Source of the DNA: Azolla caroliniana
Lineage: Eukaryota > Plantae > Polypodiophyta
NCBI GenBank assembly: GCA_043228905.1
Contig: JBHGNT010000007.1
Span: forward strand, 13,330,001 to 13,394,000
DNA: 64,000 nucleotides
Reading direction: 5' to 3'
The translations under genes and the position numbers were made by a program. Shown in pieces: positions 25,601 through 38,945 of this stretch (the stretch's first letter is position 1; the number at the start of each line of letters is the position of its first letter). The notes below the pieces were generated by a model, which was not told the DNA's origin, did no database searches, and saw only the letters and a program-made list of their open reading frames with translations.

Positions 25601-27947
25601 TTACGCGCAAGGAGAAGGGTAAGAAGAAAATGCCGGAATACGACTTCGGTAGTGCCAAGTCAGATCGGAGCGAGTCTGACTATGGGCAAACTGAAAAGAA
25701 ACCTCCATGGATTGAAGAGGTCAACAGTAGCCGAAAAGGTCGTAAAATCGAGTAATCACGAATTACGCCGATCTACCCGCCTCAAGAACCTCGTAAAGAG
25801 ATACAGTTATAATGAGTACATGGCGCACCATAATGCGTACATGACGCGAGTGGCGGAAGTGCGTGAGCCGGAGAGCTACGCAAAAGCGGCGAAGGACGCA
25901 AATTGGCGTGCCGCAATGGAGGAAGAGATGCGCGCATTGCCGGAGAATGAAACTTGGGACCTGGTTGACGCACCGAAGGGTGTGAAGCCGATCGGATGTA
26001 AGTGGGTGTACAAGGTCAAATACAACACCGACGACTCGGTCAACCGATACAAGGCCCGGTTAGTAGCAAAAGGCTACGCACAGAAGCACGACGTGGACTA
26101 TGACGAGACCTTCGCGCCTGTCGCGAAGATGACTACCGTGCATGTTCTGCTAGCTGTAGTAGTGGTGAAGGGGTGGCATTTACATCAGATGGATGTCAAG
26201 AATGCGTTCCTGCAAGGTGAGCTTGAGGAACAGGTGTACATGGTACAACCCGCCGGATTTCACTCCAGAATGAACACTTCGGCGGTCTACCAGTTAAAGA
26301 AGTCCCTTTACGGACTAAAGCAAACCCCGTGTGCTTGGAACGCAAAAATCATGCAGCAATTGCGTCGGATGGGATTTGCGACGTCTAAATCGGACTGTTC
26401 ACTATTCATTCGGCAAGGTCAACTTAGGCCGGTTAGTATTTTACTTTATGTTGATGACTTGGTCATCACCGGCGCCAACCTAGGTGAGATTGACCGCGTA
26501 AAGCTCCAGCTCGAGGCATCATTTGACATGAAGGACCTAGGGGACCTTCATTACTTCCTCGAGATCGAAGTGATCTATACCCCCGAAGGCATATTGATCA
26601 GCCAACGTCATTATGCGCTAAATATGCTCTTCAAGTTCGGGATGGCAAATTGTAAGCCCATCTCGACCCCTCTGGATAGAAATGTAAAGCTTCGCCGAGA
26701 TTCGGGAAAAGCGTGCAACCCAACACGGTTTTGACATATTGTCGAAAGCCTCATCTATTTCACTATTACTCAGTCGAACCTCAGTTACCCAGTCAGACTG
26801 ATTAGTTAATTCATGTCGTAGTCTATGGCCGAACACTTTCAGTGTGCGCAAAGGATATTGCGATATGTCAGCGGCACAAAAGACATGGCGTTGTTGTATC
26901 GGGCAGGCATAGCCAAACAATTAGTTGGCTACACGGATGCCGATTGGGCTGGAAACTCCAGTGATCATAGATCCACATTTGGATACGCCTTCTCATTAGG
27001 AAGTGCAACGATCGCATGGAGTAGCAAAAAGTAGCTGACAGTGGCATTGTCGAGCACGGAGGCCAAAAACTTTCAGTGCGCGCAAAGGATATTGCAATAT
27101 GTCAGCGGCACGAAAGACATGGCGTTGTTGTATCGAGCAGGCGTAGCCGAACAATTAGTTGGCTACACGGATGCCGATTGGGCTGGAAACTCCAGTGATC
27201 GTAGATCCACATTTGGATACGCCTTCTCATTAGGAAGTGCAACGATCGCATGGAGTAGCAAAAAGCAGCTGACAGTGGCATTGTCAAGCACGAAGGCCGA
27301 ATGTCGAGGGGTGACTGTCGCTACGTGCGAAGTCATTTGGCTAAAACAGCTATTATGGGATCTACATGTAGAGGTGTCTAATCCGACGATGATCTATTGA
27401 GACAACCTCAGCAATATCCACCTTGCGAAAAACCCCATGTTCCACACCCGGACCAAGCACATTGAGGTGCATTACCATTTTGTCCGTGAGCGGGTCCTTT
27501 TAGGTGAAGTCGAACTAGCGTATGTTCCGACGATCGGCAGGTTGCTGAAATCTTCACCAAGCCTCTTAGTCTCGACAAGTTACGACATTTCTCAGGTGAG
27601 CTAGGGTTGCATCACCTCGACACGCCGAACTTGAGGGGGAGAAAGGAAGGACAGGAACAAGAGCATGAAAGGAGCGGAGCTGTTCATCGCGGCGGAAGTG
27701 ACCGTGATGCGGAATCGGATGAAGAATTCGATTTCGGGCCGGTTGAAGAAGTCAAAGAAAAGAGCAAGGGCCATAATCGAAAGGAAGAGCTGAGGATAGC
27801 CAAATCAGGGGGAGAGACAACCAAGAAGGGTGTAAAGGCCAAGACCAAGATGTGGTCTGATGTAGTCAAAGGCATAATAAAGACAAGAGACGAGTTGGAG
27901 ACAGCCAATTCAGATGAGAGCGGAATTGAATAAGAAGTGTTCGATTA
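22601..27947 (+). mobile_element. Copia element D (5' LTR 22601-22992, PBS 22993-23004, gag-pol), 3' end interrupted by E
   Basis: TGGTATCAGAGC PBS; gag from 23100; CWYCGKEGHKESEC; IN 24329-25311; RT 25652-26734; RH 26825-27600. Confidence 0.95.
26827..27294 (+). repeat. In-frame 234-bp tandem duplication in RT/RNase H of D
   Basis: FQCAQRIL...TVALSST occurs twice; GGCC(G/A)AA at 26827, 27061 and 27295. Confidence 0.93.
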
Positions 27948-30900
27948 TGAGAAAACGAAGGTGCGGAAGCGTTAGACAACCGGCTTAGCTGGATAGCAAT
28001 AGAGAGAGAGAGAGAGATTAACACATAGAAGATACGCAGGAGAGACAGAGAAAGAGCAGAACAACTTAAATCTATTATCAACAACCCTGTAAAATTCTCT
28101 GTACATACAACGTGCTCAACAACACTATTTATACAAGTCCTGAGAGGACTAACAGAAGTACAATGTACTTCAATGCTCACACGAGCGTCTAACACTAACT
28201 ACGTGACATTAACTACCTAGTAGTCTAGGCTGCTACTAGGCTTCCGGTTACTACTTGATCCAACTAACCGGCTCACCAATCCGGCTTAGGCTTATTCAGC
28301 CGATCTGGATCCAGTTGAGCTTGCCGCTCATCACTCCCCTTCAAGCTCAACTTGAGGTTGGATCATAGTGTCAGCCTCCATGGCAGCTGGTCCTTCCACC
28401 TGGCTCCTTCTGCCGTCACTCTGCCTCGCTCGCGCTCCTCATCCGGTTCGGTCTCCTTTGCCGCAACCCTTCTGATTTTGCGCACCTCGACCTCCTCGAT
28501 CAGATTGTCAGCTCAATAGGCCCAGTTCAGCTCCCTCGTTGTTATGACTTCGGCGCTTGCCGATTCGCCGATTCCTTTGTGTTGGTGTCGACTTTCGCTG
28601 CCTTGTCGTCCTCTTGGCCTTCAATTGATCCGATTCTTCCGAATCCATCTATTGAACCGAATCGGTTGTCTCCGATTCGTTCTAGCTCTTGTCCGAATCG
28701 GTTGCTCCCGATTCGTCTTCCGGTTCCAAGCCCTTCACCACATCGGACCATGTCCGGGTCTTGGCCTTCTTCTTCCGATCCGCTCTGTCCTTCTTGACTT
28801 TGCCGCCGCCGCTGCTTGTTCTGACTTGTTCGGATGTGTCAACTTCCTTTGTCGACTCGGCTCCTTTCTTCTTCTTGTCTCTCCCGTTGTCAGTTCTTCC
28901 CTCACCGGCGCAATTGGCAGTTTCTTTGCCTTTGCCTGTTCTGGTGTCTTTTCCCGTTCTTCCCCTCAAGTGTGGCACGTTGAGATGCTGAACACCAAGC
29001 AATTCAGTGAAGTGTTGCAACTTGTCTAATCCGAGTGGTTTGGTAAAGATGTCCGCAACTTGCCGATCCGTATGAACATACCGAAGTTCGACTTCACCAC
29101 TCCAGACATGCTCACGCACAAAGTGGTAGTGCACTTCTATGTGCTTTGTGCGAGCATGGAATACGGGGTTCTTGGCGAGCTGCATGCTACTTATGTTGTC
29201 GCAGTAGATCAGGATCAGGGTTGGCACCTCGATCAGTAGGTCTTGCAGCAGTCGCCGAAGCCAAATGGCTTCACAAGTGGCAACGGTAGCACCCCGGTAT
29301 TCAGCCTCAGTGCTCGAAAGGGCCACTATTGGCTGCTTTTTGCTGCTCCACGCAACAACCTCGCTACCAAGGGAAAACATATAGCCGGAGGTGGATTGGC
29401 AATCCGATGCATCGTCGGCCCAGTCGGCATCGGTGTAACCGACTAGCTCTTCGGTTATACATCATATTCAACACATAGTGTCTTTGTGAGAGCAATATGC
29501 CGTCGGGGGTTCGGATCACCTCGATCCCAAGGAAATAGTTAAGGCACCCCAGGTCCTTCATCTCAAATGCGTCTGACGGTTGGGACTTGACCCAACTGAT
29601 TTCATCAAGTCCGGGTCCGGTGATAACTAGATCATCAATATACAGCAAGATGCAAACCGGACCGTCTAGACCTTGCCGGATGAACAACGAAGAGTCAGAC
29701 TTGGAGGTTAGAAACCCCATCTTACGCAACTGGTGCATGATCTTTGCATTCCAAGCTTGGGGGGCTTGCTTCAGGCCATAAAGTGACTTCTTCAGCCGGC
29801 ATACGACTGACTTGTTCATCTCCGACTGGAAACCGGGGGGTTGGGTCATAAAGACCTCTTCTTCAAGATCACCTTGACGAAATGCATTCTTCACGTCCAT
29901 CTGGTGAAGATGCCACCCCCTTGTTGCAGCAACCGCCAACACCACACGAACCGTCGTCATTTTCGCTACTGGAGCGAAGGTCTCATCATAGTCGATTTTG
30001 TGGGTCTACGCGTATCCCTTCGCCATTAACCGGGCCTTGTACCAGTTAACCGAACTGTCAGCATTGTACTTTACCTTGTACACCCACTTACATCCGATCG
30101 GGTTACAGTGTCGAGGAGGGTCAACTAGGTCCCATGTGTCGTTGGCATTAACTACCCGCATTTTTTCTTCCATAGCGGCAAGCCAATTTGCGTCCTTTGC
30201 CACTTCTGCGTAGCTCTCCGGCTCACGCACTTTCACCACCTTAGTCATGTACACATAGTGATGCCCCATGTACACATTGTACCCGTACTGCTTCACGAGG
30301 TTCTTCTGGTGGGAACACCGACGTAGCTTATCATTACCCGGTTTGAGGCCCTTCTTGGCTGGTTCGGTCTTTGTTGGCGAAGATCTACCTTCTTCTTTTT
30401 CAGAGTGGTATCCGCTCCAATCCGACTCACCATTGCCGGTCTCGTGCTCCTGCATCTTCCTCTTCCCCTTTTCCTCGCGCATGAACCGTCTCCTCGGTTC
30501 CTTTCGCGGGGGGAACATGGTAGAGTCGCCACTACTCACTGGTTCATCTTCCGACTAGTCCGTCTGACCCAGTCGCTCGTTCAGCCCACTCAACCGAAAC
30601 GATTCTAGACTCACATCTAGAGTCTCGAACCCTTCGTCTTCTAACTGGACCAGTTTAGGATCACTAGCCTCATCCTCTGGTATTAGGTCGGGGTTGGAAG
30701 TCGGAGCCCGTAAGGCATAACATGATGCCGTCTCATCAAACTCAACATCCCGGCAAACTCAGACCTACTTCATCTGGGGGTTATAACACTTATACCCCTT
30801 TTGCTCATGCGAGTAACTGAGAAGGATGCATTTCTCCAACTTTGCATCCAACTTCCTCCGCTTCTCATCTGGCACATGCACATATGTAATGCTACCGAAT

Positions 30901-32570
30901 ATCCGAAGTTGTCTCAAATTCAGCTTGCGCTCGAAATACAGCTCATGCGCGGACACATTGTCACCGATCCAGTTTTGGATATAGATAGCCGTCCGGACCA
31001 CCTCAGCCCAGTAGAATTTGGGCATACTCTTCTCCTCCAACATTGCCCTTGCCGTGTCGATTATTGATCGATTCTTCCTCTCGGCCACACCGTTTTGCTC
31101 TGATGTGTATCTGCAACTGAACTCTCTCTGAATTCCTTTTTGCTGCAGATTACTGTTGAATTGGCCGGAAAAATATTCTTTTCCGCCATCCAACCACATG
31201 CACTTGATCTTCCTCTCCGTTTCTCGTTCAACGAGGCTTTGCAGGTTCCGGAAACACTCGAAGACTTCGCTCTTCTGCTCAATGAGGTAGATCCATGTGT
31301 GCCGACTGTAGTCGTCAATGAAGGAGACGAAGTATCGACTCCCGCCAAGATTGACGTTCTGTGCCGGTCCCCATACATCCGAATAAATAAGGTTGAGCTT
31401 GTTATGGCTACGGTTTCGTTCGGTGAGGAATGGAAGCCGGTGTTTAGGGACCAGAGTTGGCAGGCTTCACATATTTGGACCTTCCGGCCATTGAACTTCA
31501 GCAAACCAAAAACACCTTGTTTCGTTTGCAGGTCTTGAAGCCTCCAGTAATTGACGTGGCCGATCCGCTTGTGCCAGAGATCAATATCTGATTCAATCTT
31601 CTGTCCTTTGGCGAACAAAGCGGTGCCGACATCATTGGTGTTTGCGCCCTTGCACAATAATCTAGCCCTCTTCCTCTATGAAGCACCCAAGGTGCATAAA
31701 CCGCACCTGCATCCCCTTGTCAATGATGTGACTGACTGACACCAGGTTCTTCATGATAGTCGGAACGTGTAATACGGTTATCAGCTTCCCTCTTTGTCCG
31801 ACGTGGCTCAAAGGGACTTCTCTGACATGCAGGATTGGGTGAGGAGTGGTGTCTCCGATTTCGATGACTCTTGGTTGTTCCGGTTTCTCCAAGAAAGAGA
31901 ACCACTCTTTGTGGCTCATCATGTGATTCGACACACCGGAATCAACGTACCACACTTCCTCCGATTTGGAAGTGGTCTTCTTCATCAAGTTAGCCTCGTG
32001 TTTCATCACCAAGGCTAGCCCTTTACCAGCTTTTTCGGTTTTGGATCCTCCCGATCCTTCTGCGTAGTGCGAGTATTACTAACTCTCTCTACCGGCCTCG
32101 CCGGATCCAGATTTGTCCAAAACGGCATGCTTCTTCCAACAGTCGCTATCTCTGTGGCCCTTTTTATCCCAGTACCAGCGTTCCGTGTTGGCCTTTGCTT
32201 GCTGGCCTCCGCCACTGCCTTGACTCCCCTTGATTGTGGAGTGTCCAGAACTGATGTTGGCACGTTCTCTCTACCTTCGGTCTTGCTTTTGTGGACCGCT
32301 ACCATTGCGAGCTGACCCGCCTCGTCCACCACGCCCAGGGGGTCGATCCTCCTCCGTGTACAACATCAGGTTGTTGGTGGGTGCACTTGTTGACGCACCG
32401 GCGTGGTTCTCCTCTACAAGGAGCATCGACTGTAAGTCGAAAAATGACAGCGTATTCTCCCTTGTACATACCGCCGTTTGGAACACTCTGAACTTAGACG
32501 CTTGGCCCCCAAGACAGATCTGCACCATCTCATCTTCCTCTATAGTGACGTTGATAGAGGCAAGTGAGTC
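27948..32570 (-). mobile_element. Copia element E (B family): 3' LTR 27948-28333, PPT, RH, RT, IN, PR, truncated gag
   Basis: ORFs 28682-29380, 29364-29960, 30006-30539, 30765-31199, 31662-32012, 32271-32528; closely similar to B; deletion near 29455. Confidence 0.93.
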
Positions 32571-32584
32571 CAGTGTTATAAGAG

Positions 32585-34292
32585 CTATGACATGTTATTG
32601 ATTTGTTCAGTCACTAGTGCCACTGATTCTGATCCTGTCAATGCGTCTGCTTTGGCCTTCTCTACTTCTTCCTCCATGCTCTGTATCCTTGACCGGTCCT
32701 TCTTGAGTTCTTCGGTTGTGGCGAACAACCGATCTCGTTGTGCTCTATCTTCCGTTTCAATTTGGCTTACAACCCCGGCCACCTACTCTCCAATTCATCA
32801 CAGCCATTAACTGCCGATGCCTTGTTGCGTTGCCGGTTCCGGTTGAGGTGTTGGCTCTGCTCTCGCCACAAACCCTTATTGTATTTGTTGAGTGACAAGC
32901 GCAACATTGGGTGCGTAATACAGTGCGTAATCGAGTGCATAGACTAGGTGCGTGAAACAATGCGCATAACATAGCCGTAGCAGTGCGTAAACCGCGAGGC
33001 CGTTAGTATGGTATTCCTCGTAAGGAATAATTTTGGGAGTTAGTGTAGTTGGCTCATTTATGAGCAATCAAGTACTGTGAATACTTGTGTCAGCCCAATT
33101 GTCAGGCCTTGTATAAAAGGTGCTCACTGAGCACGATGTATGTACAGAGAGTCATTATTTTGAAATAGAACTGAGTTGTCTACTCTCTCTGTATCTCCAT
33201 CTTTGTGTTTTTTGTTTTATTTCCGAACTATGCACTCTGCGTTTACGCACATGCTTCCGCACACGTATTCCTTTATAGTATTGTTGTCTCTAGTGGAAAC
33301 TCCTTCTCTTGTTGTGCCAGTCGACCCGGTAGGATTGGTAATTCTTCTACTGTTACTAGCCGAACATGCTCCGTTTCCTTCCTTAGCTCTGGTTCCTCGG
33401 AGTGGGGTGTCGGTGTGCTGTTCTGTACTGGACCCGCTTCGTCCCCCTTCTGCTCCACGTCACTTCTCTTCCGGCGATGTGGGAGAGTGTTGGCGGTGTC
33501 TTCCTTTGCCTCTCTCTTCCTCTTGTGATCCCATGTTTATCCCTTGAGCCAAGTTAAGGGACTCTTGCTCTTGCTAGCGCAATTTGATTTTAAGAGGCCT
33601 AACCAATTGTTCTACCGATGCCTCTATCTCCGCCTACCATTTCCGACTGGGCTGCTCCTTTTCTTTTTGTGATGAACCTCCCTCTATCCAACTGGGAGTG
33701 TGCTTGGCAAGGAGTTGCTGCCGCTTCGAGGGCTTGTTTGGGGTCGTATCGGCCATTTGGCCCCGCACCTTTGCCTTTAATGTCAGCACCGACGATACCA
33801 GGAGAGTGAGCCATTGAGCCACTGTTGTCCACACCTTCTTGCCATCTACCATCGATTGTATGGCTGCTCACAAACAATCAACGATGTTTACTGACCAATC
33901 CACCTTTACCCCTTCGTATGTGGCGATGATGAATCCGGCTTTGTTCTTTGCCATTGCTAGGGTTGGGGGTGCACGAACCCATACTCGTGGAGCACACGAG
34001 CTACTTCTTGGAACAAGGCGTCGTCGCCGCCCTGTATCTAGTACGCTTTGTTGGCCAGGGAGTACTCCCCGAAGAACTTCGTCAACGTCTCTGGGGAAGG
34101 ATTCTCAATGGAGTAGATCCCTCCATCCAGCAATCCGATTAAAGCGTGGATGGCCTCCTCTGTGATTACTTCTAGGACGATCTTCTTCGCGACCTTTTCC
34201 CCTTCTTCATGCAGAGGTGCCTCTGCTATCCGTAGGAAGCCCTCCAAACCATGTTGAGTGAACCATTTCTTGGCAATCTCGGAAAGCGCCAT
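32585..34292 (-). pseudogene. Additional ORF downstream of pol (env-position ORF), broken by stops and the solo LTR
   Basis: Same-strand ORF pieces 34038-34292, 33634-33852, 33273-33458, 32585-32782; motif YEGVKVDW near 33900; coiled-coil-like C-terminal piece. Confidence 0.6.
32886..33277 (+). repeat. Solo LTR of the copia D family with 5-bp TSD GTATT
   Basis: Matches 22601-22992; GTATT at 32881-32885 and 33278-33282; no PBS or PPT. Confidence 0.92.
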
Positions 34293-37200
34293 GGGCTCCA
34301 GCGTGTCCTATTTCGGTGGTGGTGGGGAGCTTTGATGTTCCTTTGGTAGCTTCTGGCGTTCGCCTAATCACCTGTATCCGCCTCTGTGTGCTAAGTGCTC
34401 TGTGTTCGCGAAATGAGAGAGACTTTGTTATGCGGAGGTTTTGTGTTCCCATCCTTGCCACCTTTTCTCAATTCCCGTGCATGCACGTCGTGTGTTTTTA
34501 ATAGTGGTTGTGTGACGCATGGTGGGCTTTAAATGGCCTTCATTTTTATTTATTTTTTTCTTTTTTCACACATGTGGTATTCTAAACCCTTGTATCCGGC
34601 AACACCGAATCCATTGTATGTTCCTCCTCTTGGTTGTTGGCTATCCGCTTGCCGTTCCCGATTTCTGCTTCAGCATCCGGTTGTTTGAATGGGTTCCACG
34701 ACATTGGTCCATAATACAGTTTTAGTCGAAACCCGTTTACCTAATACCCACTTTTCCATGACTTCGTTAGCCAGCATTCCTAGCTGATACGAGCCTTTAA
34801 ACTCTCATGTTATCCTGTATGGTCCGGTCCACCGGAATCGTAGCTTCCCCGACATTTTGCCAATCTTGGTCTAAAATACTAAACTAACACCAGCTTGCCG
34901 ATTCCAAACATTTTCTCATTCCCTTTCCGGTGTCGGTCGACAAACTCTTTCCGTTGTCGTTGCTCGAGTTCCAACTACAGAATGCTAGCTATCCGACGTT
35001 CTTCTAATTCGCACAATGTCGCTAGTTGGATTTTTTCTGATTCCTTCTCACTTAGCCTTTCCTGTACTTGAATCTGCAAACTCGGAATTTGAAACTCTAT
35101 CGGCATGACCGCTTCTAATCCGAAAGCTAACCGGAATGGAGTTGTCCGGATACTAGTTTTGTACACGGTTCGGTAAGCCCACAACGCACTCTGCAGCTTC
35201 GTGTCCCAGTCGGTGCGGTTTTCATTGACTATCTTCCAGAGGATGTTCTGCAAGGTCTTGTTGGTGGATTTGGCCAATCTGTTGGCTTGCGGATAATAAT
35301 GTGTACTCCGCTTGTGTACAACCGCATAAAATGTCGTCAACCTCTCCACTACTTGACCGAGGAAATGTCCTCCTTGATCACTGATAAGTTCTATCGGGCA
35401 TCCATACCGGCACCAAATGTACTCGTATAGGAACTTGGCCGTTGAGGACGCGGTATTATCCCGGATTGCCTTTGCTTCCACCATTTGGTGCAGTAGTCTG
35501 TTACTACAATGATATACCCGTTCCTGGTCCGCATTTTCAAAGGTTTGAAAGGTCTGACGAAATCCACTCCCCATTTTTGAAACGGCTCCAGTGGTAGCAC
35601 CAGCTGGTGCAGTATCCTTGCTTGTTCTATTGGTTGGCCCATCCCTTGACATAAGTCGCATTCCTTTGCATACCGAATTGAGTCCTTTAGTGTTGCAGGC
35701 CACCATAATCCACTTCGCCATATCTTCCTTGACATTGCGTCTCGGACATAATGTCCTCCAACGACTCCCTTGTGGTACAACGTATCACAATGAGCTTCCC
35801 GTAAAATTGTCTCCTTTTCGTCGCTCCAAACTGCTCTTCGCCATATACCGTCCGCTCCCTTGTGGTACGTATCCCTGCAGTAAACAAAAATGTCGCCTTT
35901 GTACCGCCAACCTCTTCCGTTCGTCCCGGTTCAGTTCTTCTGGGGGCAATCCGATACTTAAAAACTAATGCATATTCGTCAACCATTTGTCCTCCTCGGC
36001 AACTGTCCCGTCCACCGTATTCTCCGTTGTTACCCTAAACACATGCGCATCCGGAAAGTCGTCTTTGACGCCATCGCCTGCCTCTCCGGATTCTAACCGG
36101 CTCAAGTAATCCACTACCACATGTTGTACTCCTGGTCTGTGGTAAATCTTGAATTCGAACTCCTATCGAAGCAGTGTCTATCGTGCTAGTTTGCCGGTTA
36201 GCAATGCCTTGGAGACTAAGTATAGTAATGCCGAATGATCCATGTGGAATGAGAATTTCCGTCCCAACAAGTAGTGATGGAACTTCATTACGTTGTATAT
36301 CATTCCCAAGGCTTCCCTTTCCGTTGTTTAATAATTCTGTTCCGCTTGGGAGAGCTTTTGACTGGCGTAGTAAACCGGCCGGTACCACTTCGGTTCGGTG
36401 AGTTGCATAAGCACACTACTGATCGCAATATCCGATGTGTCCACGAGCACATGAAATTTCTTCGACCAATCCGGGGGTTGTACGACTGGTGCCTGGAACA
36501 ACATTATTTTGAGTGCATGGTATGCCTTATCCTCCGGTTTTGTCCATTGGAAAGGTGTCTGATGTACAACTGCGTGTAGTGGTGTCGAAAGATCAGCCAA
36601 GTAACGGAGCATCCGGCTATGCCACCGGATTTGCCCTAAAAACTGGCTCAACGCTTTGGTAGTTGTTGGTGCTAGTGCTCCCAAAATGGCTTTAACTTTA
36701 TCCGGGTCCACCACAATCCTGTCCTTACTCACAATATGGCCTAGTAGCATGCTGTTGGTTACCTCGAATACGCATTTCGCCGGGTTCAGACTTAGCCGAT
36801 AACCTCTGCATTTCTCTAGGCATAACCGGAGATGGTCAAGATGTTCTTCTTTCCTGTTGTACACCACAAAGTCATCCAAGAACACCTGCATAAACGTTGT
36901 GATAAATGCGAGCAGAATACATCCACACAGACCCGAATATTTCCGTTCTTCTTTGGTACTACCACAATCGGGCTTAGCCAGGTGGCTTTCTTCACCGGCC
37001 GGATGAACCCAACCCCCAACAACTTGTCGATCTCCTCTTTTACTTTGGCCGTGTAATTCGGATTCATTCGGTAACGTCTTTGCGCTACCGGTTTCGCATC
37101 CTTGCTTAAATGAATCTGGTGCTGATATAATTGCGGGTCTAGTCCCTGCATGTCTTCATATGACCACGCAAATACGTCTCGGAATTCTTTCAATAATGTG

Positions 37201-38945
37201 ACCATTGCCGATTTCTCCTCCGGTGGCATTTCTTTGGCCACATGCACCAGTCTTGTTTCTTCGTCGGTTCCCAAATTCACTTCTTCCAATTGTGATGCCA
37301 TCACCCGTTGTGATACCGCCATCTCCCGCTCTAGGGCCTCTTGTGCTTGTCGCAGTTCTCGAATCGCGTCCCTATCCAGCTCCTCACCGACATCCTCCGG
37401 TTGCATAATATATGGGGAGACCGCCTCTGCCACGTCCACTTCGAACAGAGGGTCTATCCTTGGGTTTCCATCAAGGTGGCAATCTACCTCCTCATCGGCA
37501 AGCCCTTCTAGCATGTTCACGATTTCGGCATATAACGGTGTTACTTCCTTTCCTGGGCCCGCTTGAGGGTGTGTGGGTACTCTTACCTTAGTTTTCCCCC
37601 TTCGGAATGTAATGTTGTTCTTCTGCCAGTTCTGTTTGATGTGGGTGGTCCGTAACCATGGTTGTCCCAGCAATAGTGGGTATGCTCCCTACGTGTTCAA
37701 TTGGAGGACGCCGGTAAAAATCCGGAAAGCATGGCCTCCGATTGTCACCTCCAAATCCCGGATCAATCCAGTTGGTCATACTGAGCTAGTGTCCACCATC
37801 CGGAGCCAGAACGGGCATGGTTCCCATTCTTGGATTCCAAGAGTGTTGCATGTTCAGAGGCTTATTACATTTACTCCCGATCCACCATCGACAATCCTCC
37901 CCGGCACTTCCTGTCCTTTGATAATGGTGGTGATTGTGGGATTGTTGGTATCCACCACTGCTGGTCCTTCCTCCGGATTTGAAAAGAACGTCGGAGCTGG
38001 TGTGGGGCTCGGTGGGGCCAATGCCGATTTAAAATCATCGGTGAATCGGGGTACCAATTGAATTAACTGACCCAGTGGTAGCATGATCTGGCATTCCTGT
38101 AATGCCTGCCACATGGGGTTCTCCTGCTGCGTCATCTCTGTAGGTTCCTCCAATGCATTCCTTTGCTCCTTCAGTTCGGTGACATTCCATTCGTTTGCCT
38201 TTTTAATCCATTCCGTAGCTTGTTTGTGGATAACTTCCTGAGCCTCCCATTTGGCCATCTTTCCCTTTGATCTAGTGGTGACATGCTAGATGGCCGCCAC
38301 TTCTGCGATCACCATGTTGACTGCCGGTCATTTTTCGTTACTCTTTACCGGACATTGGTTGTTGTAGTGTCCGTCCTGGCGGCAATAGTAGTAATATGCC
38401 TTCCATGTATTGCTAGACTTTGCTTTTTGCATGTTACCCGGTTGAAATCCAGATACTGCCCGGTTAGGCTCCTCTGCTCTTCTTTGTTCCGTTTGAGCAT
38501 TAGTTATGCTTCTATCTGGCTCTCGTGGTAATCCTTTGCCAATTCCCGACGATCCTCTTTCCAAGCATTTCGTTTTTTATTATAGCATCGGTTGTTCCGG
38601 TATCCTTGCCGGCGCCGGTCTTCATAGTCTCCCCGTTGATCCTCTCTTCTCCGATTATAGATGGGGGAGTAATCTCGATTATAACGATCGCCGTTATAGT
38701 CGCGGCTTCTCTCGCTCCGGTCCTGGTCATAATTGTCCCGTCGGTACTGTATCGGACATCTTGTATCAGTCAATAGTGATCGTCTCATTGAAATTGTTCT
38801 TCTTCGTCTTCCCGATCGTTCTGGGTCTCTCGATGTGCCAGACTAGTGTAGCTTGCCGATTCAACAGGTTGTACTAGCACCATTCAACAGATTCTGGTTT
38901 TGTTGTTTCCGGCTCCGGTGTCGGTATGTGGTCTGACTCATCGTC

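Larger units (their letters stand above)
32571..38945 (-). mobile_element. Athila/Tat-like non-chromovirus gypsy (gag remnant, PR, RT, RH, IN, extra 3' ORF); LTRs not visible
   Basis: Knuckle CRQDGHYNNQC at 38328-38564; PR IVDGGSGVNVI; VNLGT..EFRDVFAWSYEDM; FLDD; RH VDTSDIAISSVLMQ; IN GCPIELISDQG..YYPQAN at 34975-35721; internal RT deletion near 36920. Confidence 0.88.

Noticed and set aside
22601-33277. A single intact element D spanning 22601-33277 with TSD GTATT
   Set aside because: The LTR at 32886 lacks a PPT and has its own GTATT on both sides within a gypsy ORF, so it is a solo LTR
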